DNA of 64,000 bases from Convolutriloba macropyga (lineage: Eukaryota), in NCBI RefSeq assembly GCF_964194025.1, contig NC_134470.1:76508001-76572000 (forward strand). The letters are read 5' to 3'. The position numbers and the translations under genes were made by a program. Under the pieces are notes generated by a model that saw only the letters and a list, made by a program, of their open reading frames with translations, ran no database searches and was not told where the DNA came from. Shown here one piece after another: positions 1-12,912 of the stretch. Numbering within the stretch: position 1 is the first letter of the stretch; the number at the start of each line of letters is the position of its first letter.

Positions 1-47
1 TCTATCGAACCGTTGCCATTCTTTAACCCAGTCCTGATTTTTGTCAG

Positions 48-206
48 GATCCCAGAGAGGTTTGGTGCTGGACAGTATGAAAAAGGCCAGTTACCACGAT
101 GAGAGAATGAGCCGCAACTCGAAGTCACCAGTGTCACCCACAAACCCTAACAACAACTACCCTCCGGATCTGCTGCCTAGGAGTACCAGTCAAAGCAGCA
201 GTGGAG
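48..206 (+). CDS. Penultimate coding exon of an unidentified gene that starts upstream of the window; Ser/Pro/Asn-rich
   Basis: Acceptor ttgtcag (41-47) and donor GAG|gtaatt (207). Open frame GSQRGLVLDSMKK...TSQSSSG. The phase-1 end matches the phase-1 start of the exon at 2042. Confidence 0.6.
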
Positions 207-699
207 GTAATTATAAGAAACGATATATCGACAATAGAGGTTTTTCACTGCAAGTATGAAAGGTTTTATGGTTGACCTGACTTCAACAGCTTGTACTCGA
301 GTGTTCTGTTAATTGTACGGGCTTCCGTTAAGATGAAATTATGAGTAGTCCCAAAGAGCTTGTTTTATTGATGAAATTTTGGCTCGTTAGTTTGTCTTTG
401 CTGGCATTGTATCTTCTGACATCTATTTTTCAAAATCTTACGGTCAAAATTCAGCATTAAAATCACTTGTGTCCAACCTAATTAAAATAGTTGACGATCT
501 CCGGCTCATTTGGTCTTTGCTGAAATAGCCTGGTGCTTGACTCCGTTCAGTTATTGATCAAATGTTACGGCCATTTTGTGCTCTCTGACGATAATTGGTA
601 TTGGTGTTTTTGATGAATATGAAAATAAAGTGCCATTTTTGCTCTCTGATTGATGAGATTGCTTTTAATTTTTTGGTTGTTTGTTAGTCTGATATTTAT

Positions 700-1995
700 G
701 CGCCCTCATCGTCTCAGCCGGCTATTATAGCGCTCCTATTTTTATTACGACTCGAAGAGTGATTTTGGTGGTGAACAAAAGTGAAGAGTGGAGCGAAAAG
801 AGAGTGGTTTTTGTTCATACCGCTGATTTTGAGACAGCAAAAAATTGATGTGTGAAAAAATTTTCTCTAAGGGAGCGAAATTTTTTTTTGTTCACGTGCG
901 GTTTTTAAACGCAATTTTTGATGGTTATGAGGTTGGATTATGATATTGTATTAGATTTAGGCTTGTTTTGATAGGAATTGAACGTTTCAAGTAGTTAATT
1001 TGAGTTAAATGCTATTTTGGAGATTTTGATCAGTTTTGCTGATTTTTAGACGGTATTTGGATAGAAGCTTGTTAATTAAGGAATATTCACATACCAGTTG
1101 ACTAAAGTTTTCTTGGTATAAATCATTTGTTTAACCAAAATTGACAGAAAAATTGAGAAATTTTTAAATCATTTTTCTTTTTTTTTGAAGTTTTTCTTTT
1201 TTTTAATCTTAGACAAGTTTCTTAGCCTATTATGACTTGCCAATTGTTTTCCGAGCTTCTCAGTGCTCTAATTGCAAAGGAATTTTATTCGAGTTTAAGT
1301 TTCCTTGTACTATAAAAGAAACTAAGTTAGAAAAACTTAAAATTTTCTAGTTTTTTGTTCAATTTGTTTTTGAATGCCGTTTCTATTCTTCCTCAAATTT
1401 TTTATGGATTTGTGGAGGTTCAGGGTTCACAATAGTTGTTCAGTTGTTTAGTCATAAGTATGGGCATTGATCTCCTTCGAGTCGTTTCCGGAATTCTTCC
1501 GGCTATGTTTTTTTTACTTCGTCGAACTTTTTTTCGCTTTACCCATTTTACCGCTTTTTCGACATTTTGCGTAAAATCTTTTTGACTTTTCTGGGCTAGT
1601 TTCACTCTTCTGTCATTCTGCTCAAAGTCCTTTTAAACGGCAGCTGCTCAGCTAAGCAATTCAAAATGAAGAGAGTCAGTGTTAAAAAAAATCAAAGTCA
1701 GAAATAGAACCGGGATAAACCCATAAAGCCCATTTTTAGATGCCCGGTACTTGAACTTTGTTCTCATAAGTTTTAGTTACTATCTATAATGCTTATTGGT
1801 ATTGATACTAGAACCTGTAGCCTCTCACTGAGAGACGGGAGTATGCTCAATTACGAAATGACATCAAAATAAATCGCACTTAAAAATGTTTTTATACAAA
1901 AATCAATTTTTGTTGATATTTTCTTTTCTTTCAATTCCAATAGAGTTATGGGAATCAACGGCGGCTATTTTCCGGCAATCTGCCGGGTTTGTTTT
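700..1995 (+). mobile_element. Non-autonomous Helentron-type element (HINE), family A
   Basis: 5' block gccctcatcgtctcagccggctattatagcgctcc is nearly identical to 6214-6250. The 3' end has subTIR ggcggctattt, hairpin ccggca-atc-tgccgg, then gtttgttt. The last ~480 bp match 8045-8580. Confidence 0.7.
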
Positions 1996-2041
1996 GTTTA
2001 TTTATTTATTTTATTCTGGTATTTATTTGCTGTCGATGTAG

Positions 2042-2283
2042 GGAATCTAAACATGCATACGCATACACATCACCATCAACAGCACAGAAACCACGGCGAC
2101 AACATCCAGTCCACGACTACCACCACAACCACCCATTACTACTCGGTCAAGAGCTCCGAGTTCCAGCCCAAAGTCATGGGTCCAACTGGCGATGACGCCA
2201 TCATGCTCGTAGATGCGGAGGGAAGTCTTGGAAGTGATTTCAACTCGGATCAGGAACTCTATATGGACGAGGCGAGAGCCTGA
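2042..2283 (+). CDS. Terminal coding exon of the same unidentified gene (His- and Thr-rich low-complexity tail)
   Basis: Acceptor ...gatgtag (2041), phase 1. GC-richer than flanks. Reads GNLNMHTHTHHHQQ...STTTTTTT...ELYMDEARA*, stop at 2281-2283. Confidence 0.6.
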
Positions 2284-5200
2284 TTTGATGGAAACAATTT
2301 CCGGAAAGAATCAATTGATTCATTATTACTAATTGCCAAATCAGAAGAAGGTCTAAATGTCCAGGAGATTAGAGTTGTGTTTGATGTCATGATCATAATT
2401 GCTTAGCTAATTGTGCGATTATACCAATAATTGTGGTTAGAATACGAAAACGATTCAATGTTGTAGATATTAATAACCTTTTACACTTTTAAAACTCGGA
2501 TTTAGTTTATTCGGATCTGGTAGTATTGCCATTGCCGTGGTTTCTCTATCTTTGTGTAGTAGAATTCAAGCACTGTTGATTAGAATTTAAATGAATTTTG
2601 TTAAAATATTCGATCAATCTTTATCTGTGTCATCTTTTCACAGAATGTTTAGTGACGGACGGTTACTGTGTTGTGTGTGTCACATGTATTAAATATTGCA
2701 CCTTCAACTTCCTACCAAAAAAGCATGGACTAGCTGACCTGATTTTTATGCTGCATTCTGTGTTGACCCAATCACCTATTCGTTTTTTATTAAGTTTTGG
2801 TTTTGTTTGCTCAGAAAGTAAACACCCCCTCCCCCCCAAAAAAAAGATATTGCAGGAAAGTTCTTCCCTTTAAGTAGTGAAAAACTCTTCAAATGAGCGT
2901 TATGGTGATTAAAAACCAGGTTAATTGCTCTGAAACTAATTACGTTGCATGGTATTGAGATCTGGACACCATTGAGTGACTGCTGTGTAGTTTTTAAACT
3001 CATCTTTCAATTTTCATTAAAAATGGATCAATATTTACCTTAAGAATTTAAATTTTACCTGTTCAATATTGATCAGAAATCGCGAAGCTATCAATTGCTT
3101 TCAATTAGAAATTGTTTGAGAGAATTTTCGAACGTCGTTTCCCCTAAATGTCGTAGAATTTCCCTGAAATTCCTTAAATAAGTTAATTTTAAGATCTTTT
3201 GTCCAGACTTATCCGAATTTGAACTGCCCTTCTTTCGTATGTACAAGAATGACTATGAGTGTAATGATATGAAATGGTTTCATAGTAGAGGTGTGATCTC
3301 TTCAGTTTCTGCACCTCCCCCCTCCCCCTTCTCCTCCCCCCTCCCCTCGCCCAGCATAGTGATTGAACATTATTGTTTACTCGTTGACTGTTATGTATAA
3401 CGACATCTATTTCTTAACAGGGGGCCATAAGGTACTGGGGGGGGGGGCAATAACTGAAAAGATCGAAACTATTTATGACTTGAGAATCTATTGCATGGCC
3501 TGTAATTCGAGAATGCTTTAGTAGCAGAGCTACCATTATACACCAGTGCTGCTTTTACATACTCTATTTTCTCATTAATAAATTTGTGACTTTTTTGAGC
3601 AGTAATTAATAAATTACGGCTACTGAACATTTTAATGTAGAAAAACCATTCGGACGAATGTATTATTTTGCGCATGACTGTTGTGAACTTTATCTAAAAC
3701 TATAAATTTATGAAAGTGAAGAAACCGACTTAATACTGATTGCTACAAAATTCGATCCAAATTTTCTTTGATGACCACAAAGGAAAGCTATGGTAATAAC
3801 TTCGGAAAATTTCGCGAATACCAATTTATTGGTCAAAATAAATTAATTGAGTAAAGTCGTCTATAAGAGGTAGCAGTCAGTTAAATTCGGAAGTTCTGCA
3901 AATTGAAGTCAAAATGTGAAACTATTGTGTAGTAGGTATAAATTAGCCTTTGTTGATTAGCAATAAAAGCGAGAAGATATTATCAATTGGAAATGACCCT
4001 ATGGTGATTCTTTTGTACCTGAGATTAATCCCAATTTAGCTTACTTATTTTTAGCACTCTTACTTATTAAACCAATTAGAAATTCAATGATAAAGTTTTA
4101 TTTATCCTAAATTTTGTCGCTATAACTTTAATCTATTGCGCTTTCTATCAGATGAAATTTTTGCACTTTTCCTATATATATTTAACAGATGTCATCGCTT
4201 GCTCGTCGTGTTAAGGATAATTGAAAAGTGTTCTATTATTACTTTACTGACAGGATTTGAGACAATTTAATATAGATTGATTCATGGCTTTGTTTTGTGT
4301 TTAACCGACTTCCCTAGATCTGTTCGTGAGGTTCAACATAATATCTTTGAGCTCGGAGATATTTAGTGATTTCAAAACACAGCGAGGTTTTCATTACAGG
4401 TTGAGTTTCAACAGTGTGAAATAAAACAGGTGTACAATTTTGTCGGTTCCCTCGCAGCGCACGCTTAGGCAAAATTGATGTCACGTTTTTTTATATTTCC
4501 ACAGAGAAAAGCGGACTCATGCAGAATGTGTTTGAATTTCATGCTGAAAGGTGCTGCCTCCATTGAACTCATTTGACAAGCAACTAGTAGTTGCTTTGTC
4601 CTGGTACAACTTAATAATTAGTTATCGGATTTTAGCCATTAGTCTTACTTTTTCTAAACTTTTAAGGCTCATTTTTTAACCTGATTTCAAAAGAAGGCTT
4701 TTAAATTATCATTTAAATTTTTAATAGCTCTAGGATAAGTGTGAAGCAATTAAAAAAAGTGTGTTGGTCTTTTTTCTGCAAAAGTTTTGCTTGACGGTTT
4801 TGACTTTTCGAGTAACTTACGTCCTTGACTGCTTCGTTTTGCGTGAACTAAGTTTCTCTCTCGTTCACAAGTGTCAACAGCTAAACTCAATTGGCGAGAG
4901 TTCACTACTAAAAATCAAATGAAAAATACTTCGCAATAAGTGTAGTCTTTTAAGCTCTAAATTGTATAGTGGTATATGGTAACCTCTAATGACTTCATTT
5001 GAAGCCGATTAGTGAATTTTGCCCCCCCCCCCCCCCCCCATGACCGACAGAAGCGGGCTACAATAAATTCGATTTCCACTTGTTGTTCGAGAGCATTCCC
5101 GACGTTAGTGGGTTGTTTTTAGTCCGAATTTTGTAAGTATAAGATCAAATATTGCTATAGCCGAAAAACTTCAGATGAAATTCTGGAGGGGCGTGAGGTT

Positions 5201-5499
5201 ATAATTTTAGGGAACAGTTTTTTGGCTGTCTCATGTCATTTTGTAGCTTTTGAATTTTGCAATCATTAAGTATTATTTATATTTTATACGTATGGCTTTG
5301 AAAAACCTTGAAGCTTTTTAAATATTACTCCTAAGATGATTTCTCAAAGTTATACTGACACTTATACCGGTTTGGATAGCCAATCAGTTTTCTTATTCAA
5401 TATTTAAATAGAAATTTTCTGATTCCAGAAGTTTTTAGCTGAACCTTGTGCAAACTCACTTTACCGAGACTCCTTTTTTTGCCGCTTCTCTTCTTCCTT

Positions 5500-5860
5500 T
5501 ATGAGTGATTTTGAAACAATTATTGTGAACGCGTGTCTTTTTTTGCTGAATTTTTGCTCGATCATTTTTAAGTTTTTGTTCTATAAAATTCTTTGACCTA
5601 TCAAGTTACTTTTTCACGCGAGTCCTCATTTTTGTGTGACATCAATTGCCCTCACTCCCAAATGAAGTTCGTTGCTGAAATGAAACCTATTTGTAAGATG
5701 CCGATTAATGCTTGTCGAAAATTCTGGGAGTTCATGGGATCATGGCTAGGAAAATTTTCTTTTACCCGCAGAGAAAATTTATCTAGACTACAGCCCAGCC
5801 CCTGAATTAAATTGCCCCGCGTGTCGTTCGAGAGCAATTTTTCTGGCGTTAGTGGGTTTT
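5500..5860 (+). mobile_element. HINE family B, degenerate copy
   Basis: Body resembles 25115-25629. 3' end gtcgttcgagagcaatt plus a degenerate hairpin. Isolated family-B 3' ends also occur at ~5082-5116 and ~6097-6130. Confidence 0.55.
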
Positions 5861-6205
5861 TATCTCAGAAAATTGTGATTGTCTCGTATGAAAATTGAAG
5901 CAGATTAATTATTAGTGTCACCCAATGAGAGGGGGCATTTCTTTAATATTTAGTTCCATTTCACCCACCTTTTGAGAAGGAAGTAAAAGAATTTATTAAG
6001 AGGACGCTTCTGAATGCTTCTGTCGAGCAATAATTTTATCAAACGAAATTTTATTCAGCCTGCAGTATATCTGCCCTTAATTAAATTGCCCCACATGTCG
6101 TTCGAGAGCAATTTGTCCGATGGTAGTCGATTAAAATAATTATGTTGTCCTCAAAGAAATTCTTTTGGTTATTTTTATGCAAAATTTTCAAATGGCTATT
6201 GATGT

Positions 6206-7590
6206 TTAATAGCCGCCCTCATCTTCTCAGCCGGCTATTATAGCGCTCCTATTTTTTACAATTCAAAGAATTTGAGTTGTATTGGTGCGCTGTGTTCTTT
6301 TTTTTAAGATGTGTTCACACATTTTTCAATGACTTTGATCTTTCGAAACGGGATAAACAGGTAGAGCGCAGCGGGTATTAAGTTTCATTAGAGGCCCAAA
6401 GTGGGCTTCAGTAGTTCTTCAAAAGGTCATAGTGGTGCAGCTGCTGGTATTGCCTTAATTTAAGGTTAAAAGGTCATTTTTAGGAGTTATTGGGCTCAAA
6501 ATGGTACAATTTTTCATGTTTTTGTGATTTTTTTGAGTTTTTTGTTTGGTTAGTCTTAGGTTGAGGTTTTTAAAAGTAAATGAAGGCTTTTTTCGAGACG
6601 AAATTGCTTGTTATGACCATTTCATGATCTATATGTTTTGGTACTACAAACACACAAAATGATACTAATTTTTGCAATTTTTTCAGGTTTTTTTCTCATT
6701 TTTTGAGTTTTTTTAGCCCTAGGTGTCAAGAAACTTCCTCTCCGGTTTGATGATAGATTACTGCTTCGTTTCTAGTCGTAATGGAATGGTTTTCAACGTT
6801 TTGCCATCATGAATTTTAGCATTTTTTGACAAGACTCGCAATTTTTTTCATATTTTTATTGTCATTATTCAAGTTGTTTGAGGCCCAGGCGCCAGAAAAC
6901 CTCATTAGGGGTTGGATAATAAGATACTGAAAAATTTTTAGGTGCCATGGATTAGGTTTCAACTTTTGAATATCACAAGTTTTAGCATTTTTTTTTTGAC
7001 AAAATTCGCATTTTTTCAGGTTTTTGAAAATTTTTCTCAGTTTTTCAGTTTTTCCAGCTTCAGGGACCAGGCAATCTCCTTTGAGGTTTGTTTATAGAGC
7101 ACAGCATGGTTTCTAGTAACAATGTAATGGTTTTTAACATTTTAATGTGCCGAATTTTAGCATTTTTAAAAATAAAATCTGCAATTTTTTTAAGGTTTCC
7201 CAAAGTTTTGTCAGTATTTGATATTCGTCCATTCTCAAGTGCGAGAAAACCTATTCCACGTTCTGATAGAAGTTACTGCATGGTTTTTTGTTTCAATGGA
7301 TTTAACCTTTCGACTTTTAGAAGTTTTTTGATAGAATTTGTATTTTATTTGTTTTTTCTTGCCTCAGTAGACAGGTAACCTCATCCAGGGTTTGATAGTG
7401 TGTTGATACATAGTTGCTAGGGGAAATTGACTGGCTTTCAACATTTTAGTGGAACGAGTTTTGTTTGAATAGAACGGATTTTGAAGTTTTCTAAAAAATT
7501 ATTGCCTATTGGTCTATGAGCCAATGAGTTTTTTAAAGCTTGGAATTGGGTTACTGGACAGCCTCTAGAGACACAGAAATGATTCTGAAG

Positions 7591-7636
<46 letters not shown>

Positions 7637-8582
7637 TTCACGAATTTCAGCAACATTTCTTTGTAATTTGCAATTGATTTCTTTTTCATTTTTTGGTCAT
7701 TTTCGAGTTTTTTGGTCATTTTCGAGTTTATCGATCTTAAGGGCCAATGAATATTTTTCAAGTCTTGCAGATATAATAGTGGACCGATTTCAGAAACAAA
7801 AATTGGATTTGAACATATTTTTGAGATAGGCATTTGTAAAGGGAAAAAGAATTTTGCCTTAGGTTTAAAAGCTTCAAGAGTTTTAGCAATGAGTATGTTT
7901 TTGTTTAGTTTTGATTCTTTTAGTTTCTCATTTTTTGATGATTTTTGTGTTCTGGCTGGCAATGTTCAATTGATCTGCTGGTCAGGTAAAGTACGTTTGA
8001 GTTTTTCCTTCAATTCTTTGAATTGTATTTCAGGACTTGTCCTGCTATGTTTTTTTACTTCGTCGAACTTTTTTTCGCTTTACCCATTTTGCCGCTTTTT
8101 CGACATTTTGCGTGAAATCTTTTTGACTTCTCTAGGCTAATTTCTCTCTTCTCTCATTCTGCTAAAAGTGATTTTGAACATCAGTTGCTCAGCAAAGCAA
8201 TTCAAAATGAACAGAGTCAGTATAAGAAATTGAAGTCAGAAATAGAAACGGGATAAACCCATAAAGCCCAATTTTAGATGCCCGCTATATGAACGTCGTT
8301 CCTATAAGTCTCAGTTACCATCTCTTATTCTTATTGGTATTGATAGTGGTCCCTGTAGTTTTAGTTACTATCTATAATGCTTATTGGTATTGATACTAGA
8401 ACCTGTAGCCTCTCACTGAGAGACGGGAGTATGCTCAATTACGAAATGACATCAAAATAAATCGCACTTAAAAATGTTTTTATACAAAAATCAATTTTTG
8501 TTGATAATTTCTTTTCTTTCAATCCCAATAGAGTTATGGGAATCAACGGCGGCGATTTTTCGGCAATCTGCCGGGTATGTTT
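6206..8582 (+). mobile_element. HINE family A, long copy with an internal ~168-bp tandem array and (TA)n
   Basis: 5' ttaatagccg...cggctatt inverted repeat. 3' ggcggcgattt plus hairpin cggca-atc-tgccg plus ggtatgttt. Internal degenerate repeats at ~6716-7480 and a TA microsatellite at 7592-7631. This is the classic DINE-1/HINE layout. Confidence 0.75.
7592..7631. repeat. (TA)n microsatellite
   Basis: Directly visible run of about 20 TA units. Confidence 0.95.
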
Positions 8583-11500
8583 AATTTTTTAAATCAAGCT
8601 TGACCTAATGAAATTCGCGCCATCTATCATGCTCTCTCACAATTTTCAGCAGCTAAGCTCAAATAGCAAATTTTGAAATTCAATTAAATAGTAGCAGAAA
8701 GTGAATTTTGTCTCCGATCAAAATAGTGTTCTATTATAACCTCTAACGACATAATTTGAAGCTGCGCATTCAGTTTATTGCCCGACACCCTACAAATCAA
8801 CAGATCTCAGATTGAAGCAAGCTAATTTAGAATTGATACATGTCGTTCAACAGCAGATCGTCTGACTAGTTGCTTATAGTTTGCTATGTAACCGAGCACC
8901 TCATGAAGTGTGTTAATGAACTGATGATTATGTTTTACTCGTTTTACTCAAAAAGCCTTAACCAATAGAGCAAATTGGTAGTATGCAGCCAATTTTCTTT
9001 TGAAAAGGTTGAAAAATAACAGAATTGAAAACATAAATGTAAAGCTCCAAAAAAAAATTAGTTGCGAATTAGATAACTTTTTATCCCATGATTAATTTGA
9101 GTGAGTTTAAAAAGTGAAGAAAATTTGCTAATGGGAAAATTTGATACATTGTGCTTTTTTTATCTATTAGGTCAAACTTTTTGCCTTAGGTTTAAAAGCT
9201 TCAAGAGTTTTAGCAATGAGTATGTTTTGGTTTAGTTTTGATTATTTAGTTTCTCATTTTTTGATGATTTTTGTGTTCTGGCTGGCAATGTTCAATTGAT
9301 CTGCTGGTCAGGTAAAGTACGTTTGAGTTTTTCCTTCAATTCTTTGAATTGTATTTCAGGACTTGTCCTGCTATGTTTTTTTACTTCGTCGAACTTTTTT
9401 TTGCTTTACCCATTTTGCCGCTTTTTCGACATTTTGCGTGAAATCTTTTTGACTTCTCTAGGCTAGTTTCTCTCTTCTCTCATTCTGCTAAAAGTGATTT
9501 TGAACATCAGTTGCTCAGCAAAGCAATTCAAATTGAACAGAGTCAGTATAAAAAATTGAAGTCAGAAATAGAAACGGGATAAACCCTTAAAGCCCAATTT
9601 TAGATGCCCGCTATATGAACGTCGTTCCTATAAGTCTTAGTTACCATCTCTTATTCTTATTGGTATTGATAGTGGTCCCTGTAGTTTTAGTTACTATCTA
9701 TAATGCTTATTGGTATTGATACTAGAACCTGTAGCCTCTCACTGAGAGACGGGAGTATGCTCAATTACGAAATGACATCAAAATAAATCGCACTTAAAAA
9801 TGTTTTTATACAAAAATCAATTTTTGTTGATAATTTCTTTTCTTTTAATCCCAATAGAGTTATGGGAATCAACGGCGGCGATTTTCCGGCAATCTGCCGG
9901 GTATGTTTTATTTTTTAAATCAAGCTTGACCTAATGAAATTCGCGCCATCTATCATGCTCTCTCACAATTTTCAGCAGCTAAGCTCAAATAGCAAATTTT
10001 GAAATTCAATTAAATAGTAGCAGAAAATGAATTTTGTCTCCGATCAAAATAGTTTTCTATTATAACCTCTAACGACATAATTTGAAGCTGCGCATTCAGT
10101 TTATTGCCCGACACCCTGCAAATCAACAGATCTCAGATTGAAGCAAGCTAAATTAGAATTGATACATGTCGTTCAACAGCAGATCGTCTGACTAGTTGCT
10201 TATAGTTTGCTATGTAACCGAGCACCTCATGAAGTGTGTTAATGAACTGATGATTATGTTTTACTCGTTTTACTCGAAAAGCCTTAACCAATAGAGCAAA
10301 TTGGTAGTATGCAGCCAATTTTCTTTTGAAAAGGTTGAAAAATAACAGAATTGAAAACATAAATGTAAAGCTCCAAAAAAAAATTAGTTGCGAATTAGAT
10401 AACTTTTTATCCCATGATTAATTTGAGTGAGTTTAAAAAGTGAAGAAAATTTGCTAATGGGAAAATTTGATACATTGTGCTTTTTTATCTATTAGGTCAA
10501 ACTTTTTGCCTTAGGTTTAAAAGCTTCAAGATTTTTAGCAATGAGTATGTTTTTGTTTAGTTTTGATTCTTTTAGTTTCTCATTTTTGATGATTTTTGTG
10601 TTCTGGCTGGCAATGTTCAATTGATCTGCTGGTCAGGTAAAGTACGTTTGAGTTTTTCCTTCAATTCTTTGAATTGTATTTCAGGACTTGTCCTGCTATG
10701 TTTTTTTACTTCGTCGAACTTTTTCGCTTTACCCATTTTGCCGCTTTTTCGACATTTTGCGTGAAATCTTTTTGACTTCTCTAGGCTAGTTTCTCTCTTC
10801 TCTCATTCTGCTAAAAGTGATTTTGAACATCAGTTGCTCAGCAAAGCAATTCAAATTGAACAGAGTCAGTATAAAAAATTGAAGTCAGAAATAGAAACGG
10901 GATAAACCCTTAAAGCCCAATTTTAGATGCCCGCTATATGAACGTCGTTCCTATAAGTCTTAGTTACCATCTCTTATTCTTATTGGTATTGATAGTGGTC
11001 CCTGTAGTTTTAGTTACTATCTATAATGCTTATTGGTATTGATACTAGAACCTGTAGCCTCTCACTGAGAGACGGGAGTATGCTCAATTACGAAATGACA
11101 TCAAAATAAATCGCACTTAAAAATGTTTTTATACAAAAATCAATTTTTGTTGATAATTTCTTTTCTTTTAATCCCAATAGAGTTATGGGAATCAACGGCG
11201 GCGATTTTCCGGCAATCTGCCGGGTATGTTTTATTTTTTAAATCAAGCTTGACCTAATGAAATTCGCGCCATCTATCATGCTCTCTCACAATTTTCAGCA
11301 GCTAAGCTCAAATAGCAAATTTTGAAATTCAATTAAATAGTAGCAGAAAATGAATTTTGTCTCCGATCAAAATAGTTTTCTATTATAACCTCTAACGACA
11401 TAATTTGAAGCTGCGCATTCAGTTTATTGCCCGACACCCTACAAATCAACAGATCTCAGATTGAAGCAAGCTAAGTTAGAATTGATACATGTCGTTCAAC

Positions 11501-11831
11501 AGCAGATCGTCTGACTAGTTGCTTATAGTTTGCTATGTAACCGAGTACCTCACGAAGTGTGTTAATGAACTGATGATTATGTTTTACTCGTTTTACTCAA
11601 AAAGCCTTAACCAATAGAGCAAATTGGTAGTATGCAGCCAATTTTCTTTTGAAAAGGTTGAAAAATAACAGAATTGAAAACATAAATGTAAAGCTCCAAA
11701 AAAAATTTAGTTTCGAATTAGATAACTTTTTATCCCATGATTAACTTGAGTGAGTTTAAAAAGTGAAGAAAATTTGCTAATGGGAAAATTTGATACATTG
11801 TGCTTTTTTTATCTATTAGGTCAAACTTTTT
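7852..11831. repeat. Tandem triplication of a ~1326-bp unit (HINE-A 3' part plus ~600 bp of downstream flank)
   Basis: ttttgccttaggtttaaaagcttcaagag recurs at 7852, 9179 and 10504. The three units are near-identical with scattered substitutions and indels. Confidence 0.95.
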
Positions 11832-11955
11832 AGCATTAATGTTTTCCTGAGCAAATCTATTAATGTGGCGGCAGGTCCTCTTAACTGCTAATTTTTTAAC
11901 AACTTAACAAGGAAAAAATTCCCTACTGAGAACAAAAACTCGTTACTTATTATTT

Positions 11956-12326
11956 TTAATTGCTCTCAAACGAAGTTTTGTCTGAGCCATTTGACTTCTC
12001 GTCCTCAAAAATGGGATAAAAAGGAAGCGCCCAGTGGGCATTAAGTTCTCTTAGAGCCTTTCAGCTCACTGGTCTCAAAATATGCGATTCACAGAAATTG
12101 TTTTTGAGACTTATACTAATGGTGTGAGGCTGGTAAAGCGGTTTTTAGAGGCTGGCCCCACACCCTTCCCTCCCTGCCTCCCCCAACAACCCCTCACCGC
12201 TGCACTCACCTCACATCCCTTCAATTAAGCTAAAGCTAGCCTCATTAAACCGTTGATAGTTACTGACGAAGCCAACCGCTCGCCGGTCGTTAGAGGGCAA
12301 TTCCCTTCGAAGTTAGTCGGTTGTTT
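11956..12326 (+). mobile_element. HINE family B
   Basis: 5' subTIR ttaattgctctcaaacga. 3' gtcgttagagggcaatt followed by a degenerate hairpin ending gttagtcgg. Confidence 0.7.
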
Positions 12327-12580
12327 ATTATTATTTATTATTTTTTAAATGTATGTTTTTAAAGTTTCTGGCTCGCGAATTTCACGAGAAATAATACGGC
12401 TGCTACAGCAAAAAAGATTGATATGGCAAAGGTATTATGCGGGAGCTATGTTTGATCGAGCAGCGACTGATTCTGTTTTTTTTTCTGGTTAATATTCCTG
12501 CTGGTTTTGTTGGCCTTTTGGTTAGATTGGTTTTTATTTTCAGTTGCTTTTACTCTGTGAACTATATAGGTATCACATTT

Positions 12581-12912
12581 TTAATTATTCTCGAACTTTT
12601 GTTTCTTGTAAACGTGTGTCTTTTTAATACAACCTTTTTGCTTGGGCGTGTTCTATAAAATGCAAGTGACTTTTTCACGCTTGCTATCATTTCTGAGTGA
12701 TCTCAATTGCTCTCACTCGGAATCGAAGTTTGTTAGAAGGGTTTTGTAAGATGCCGGTTGATGCTTCTATCAAAAACTCTGAAGTTTGGGGGTTAGAATC
12801 CATAGGCAGAATTTCTTGTACCCATAAAGAAAATTTATCGAGGCTCCACCCCTGAATTAAATAGCCTCGCCTGTCATTCGAGAGCAGTTTTTCCGACGTT
12901 ATTCGGTTTATT
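12581..12912 (+). mobile_element. HINE family B with a divergent tRNA-like cassette
   Basis: 3' ctgtcattcgagagcagtt plus ccgacgttattcgg. B-box-like ggttagaatcc at 12791, 44 nt after taagatgccgg at 12747. Confidence 0.65.

Noticed and set aside
4189-4580. Possible small exons (acceptors at ~4188, 4317 and 4504)
   Set aside because: No recognisable homology and no consistent phase chain to a neighbouring gene.
6716-7480. CRISPR-like repeat-spacer array
   Set aside because: Eukaryotic context, units degenerate along their whole length, no unique spacers and no cas genes.
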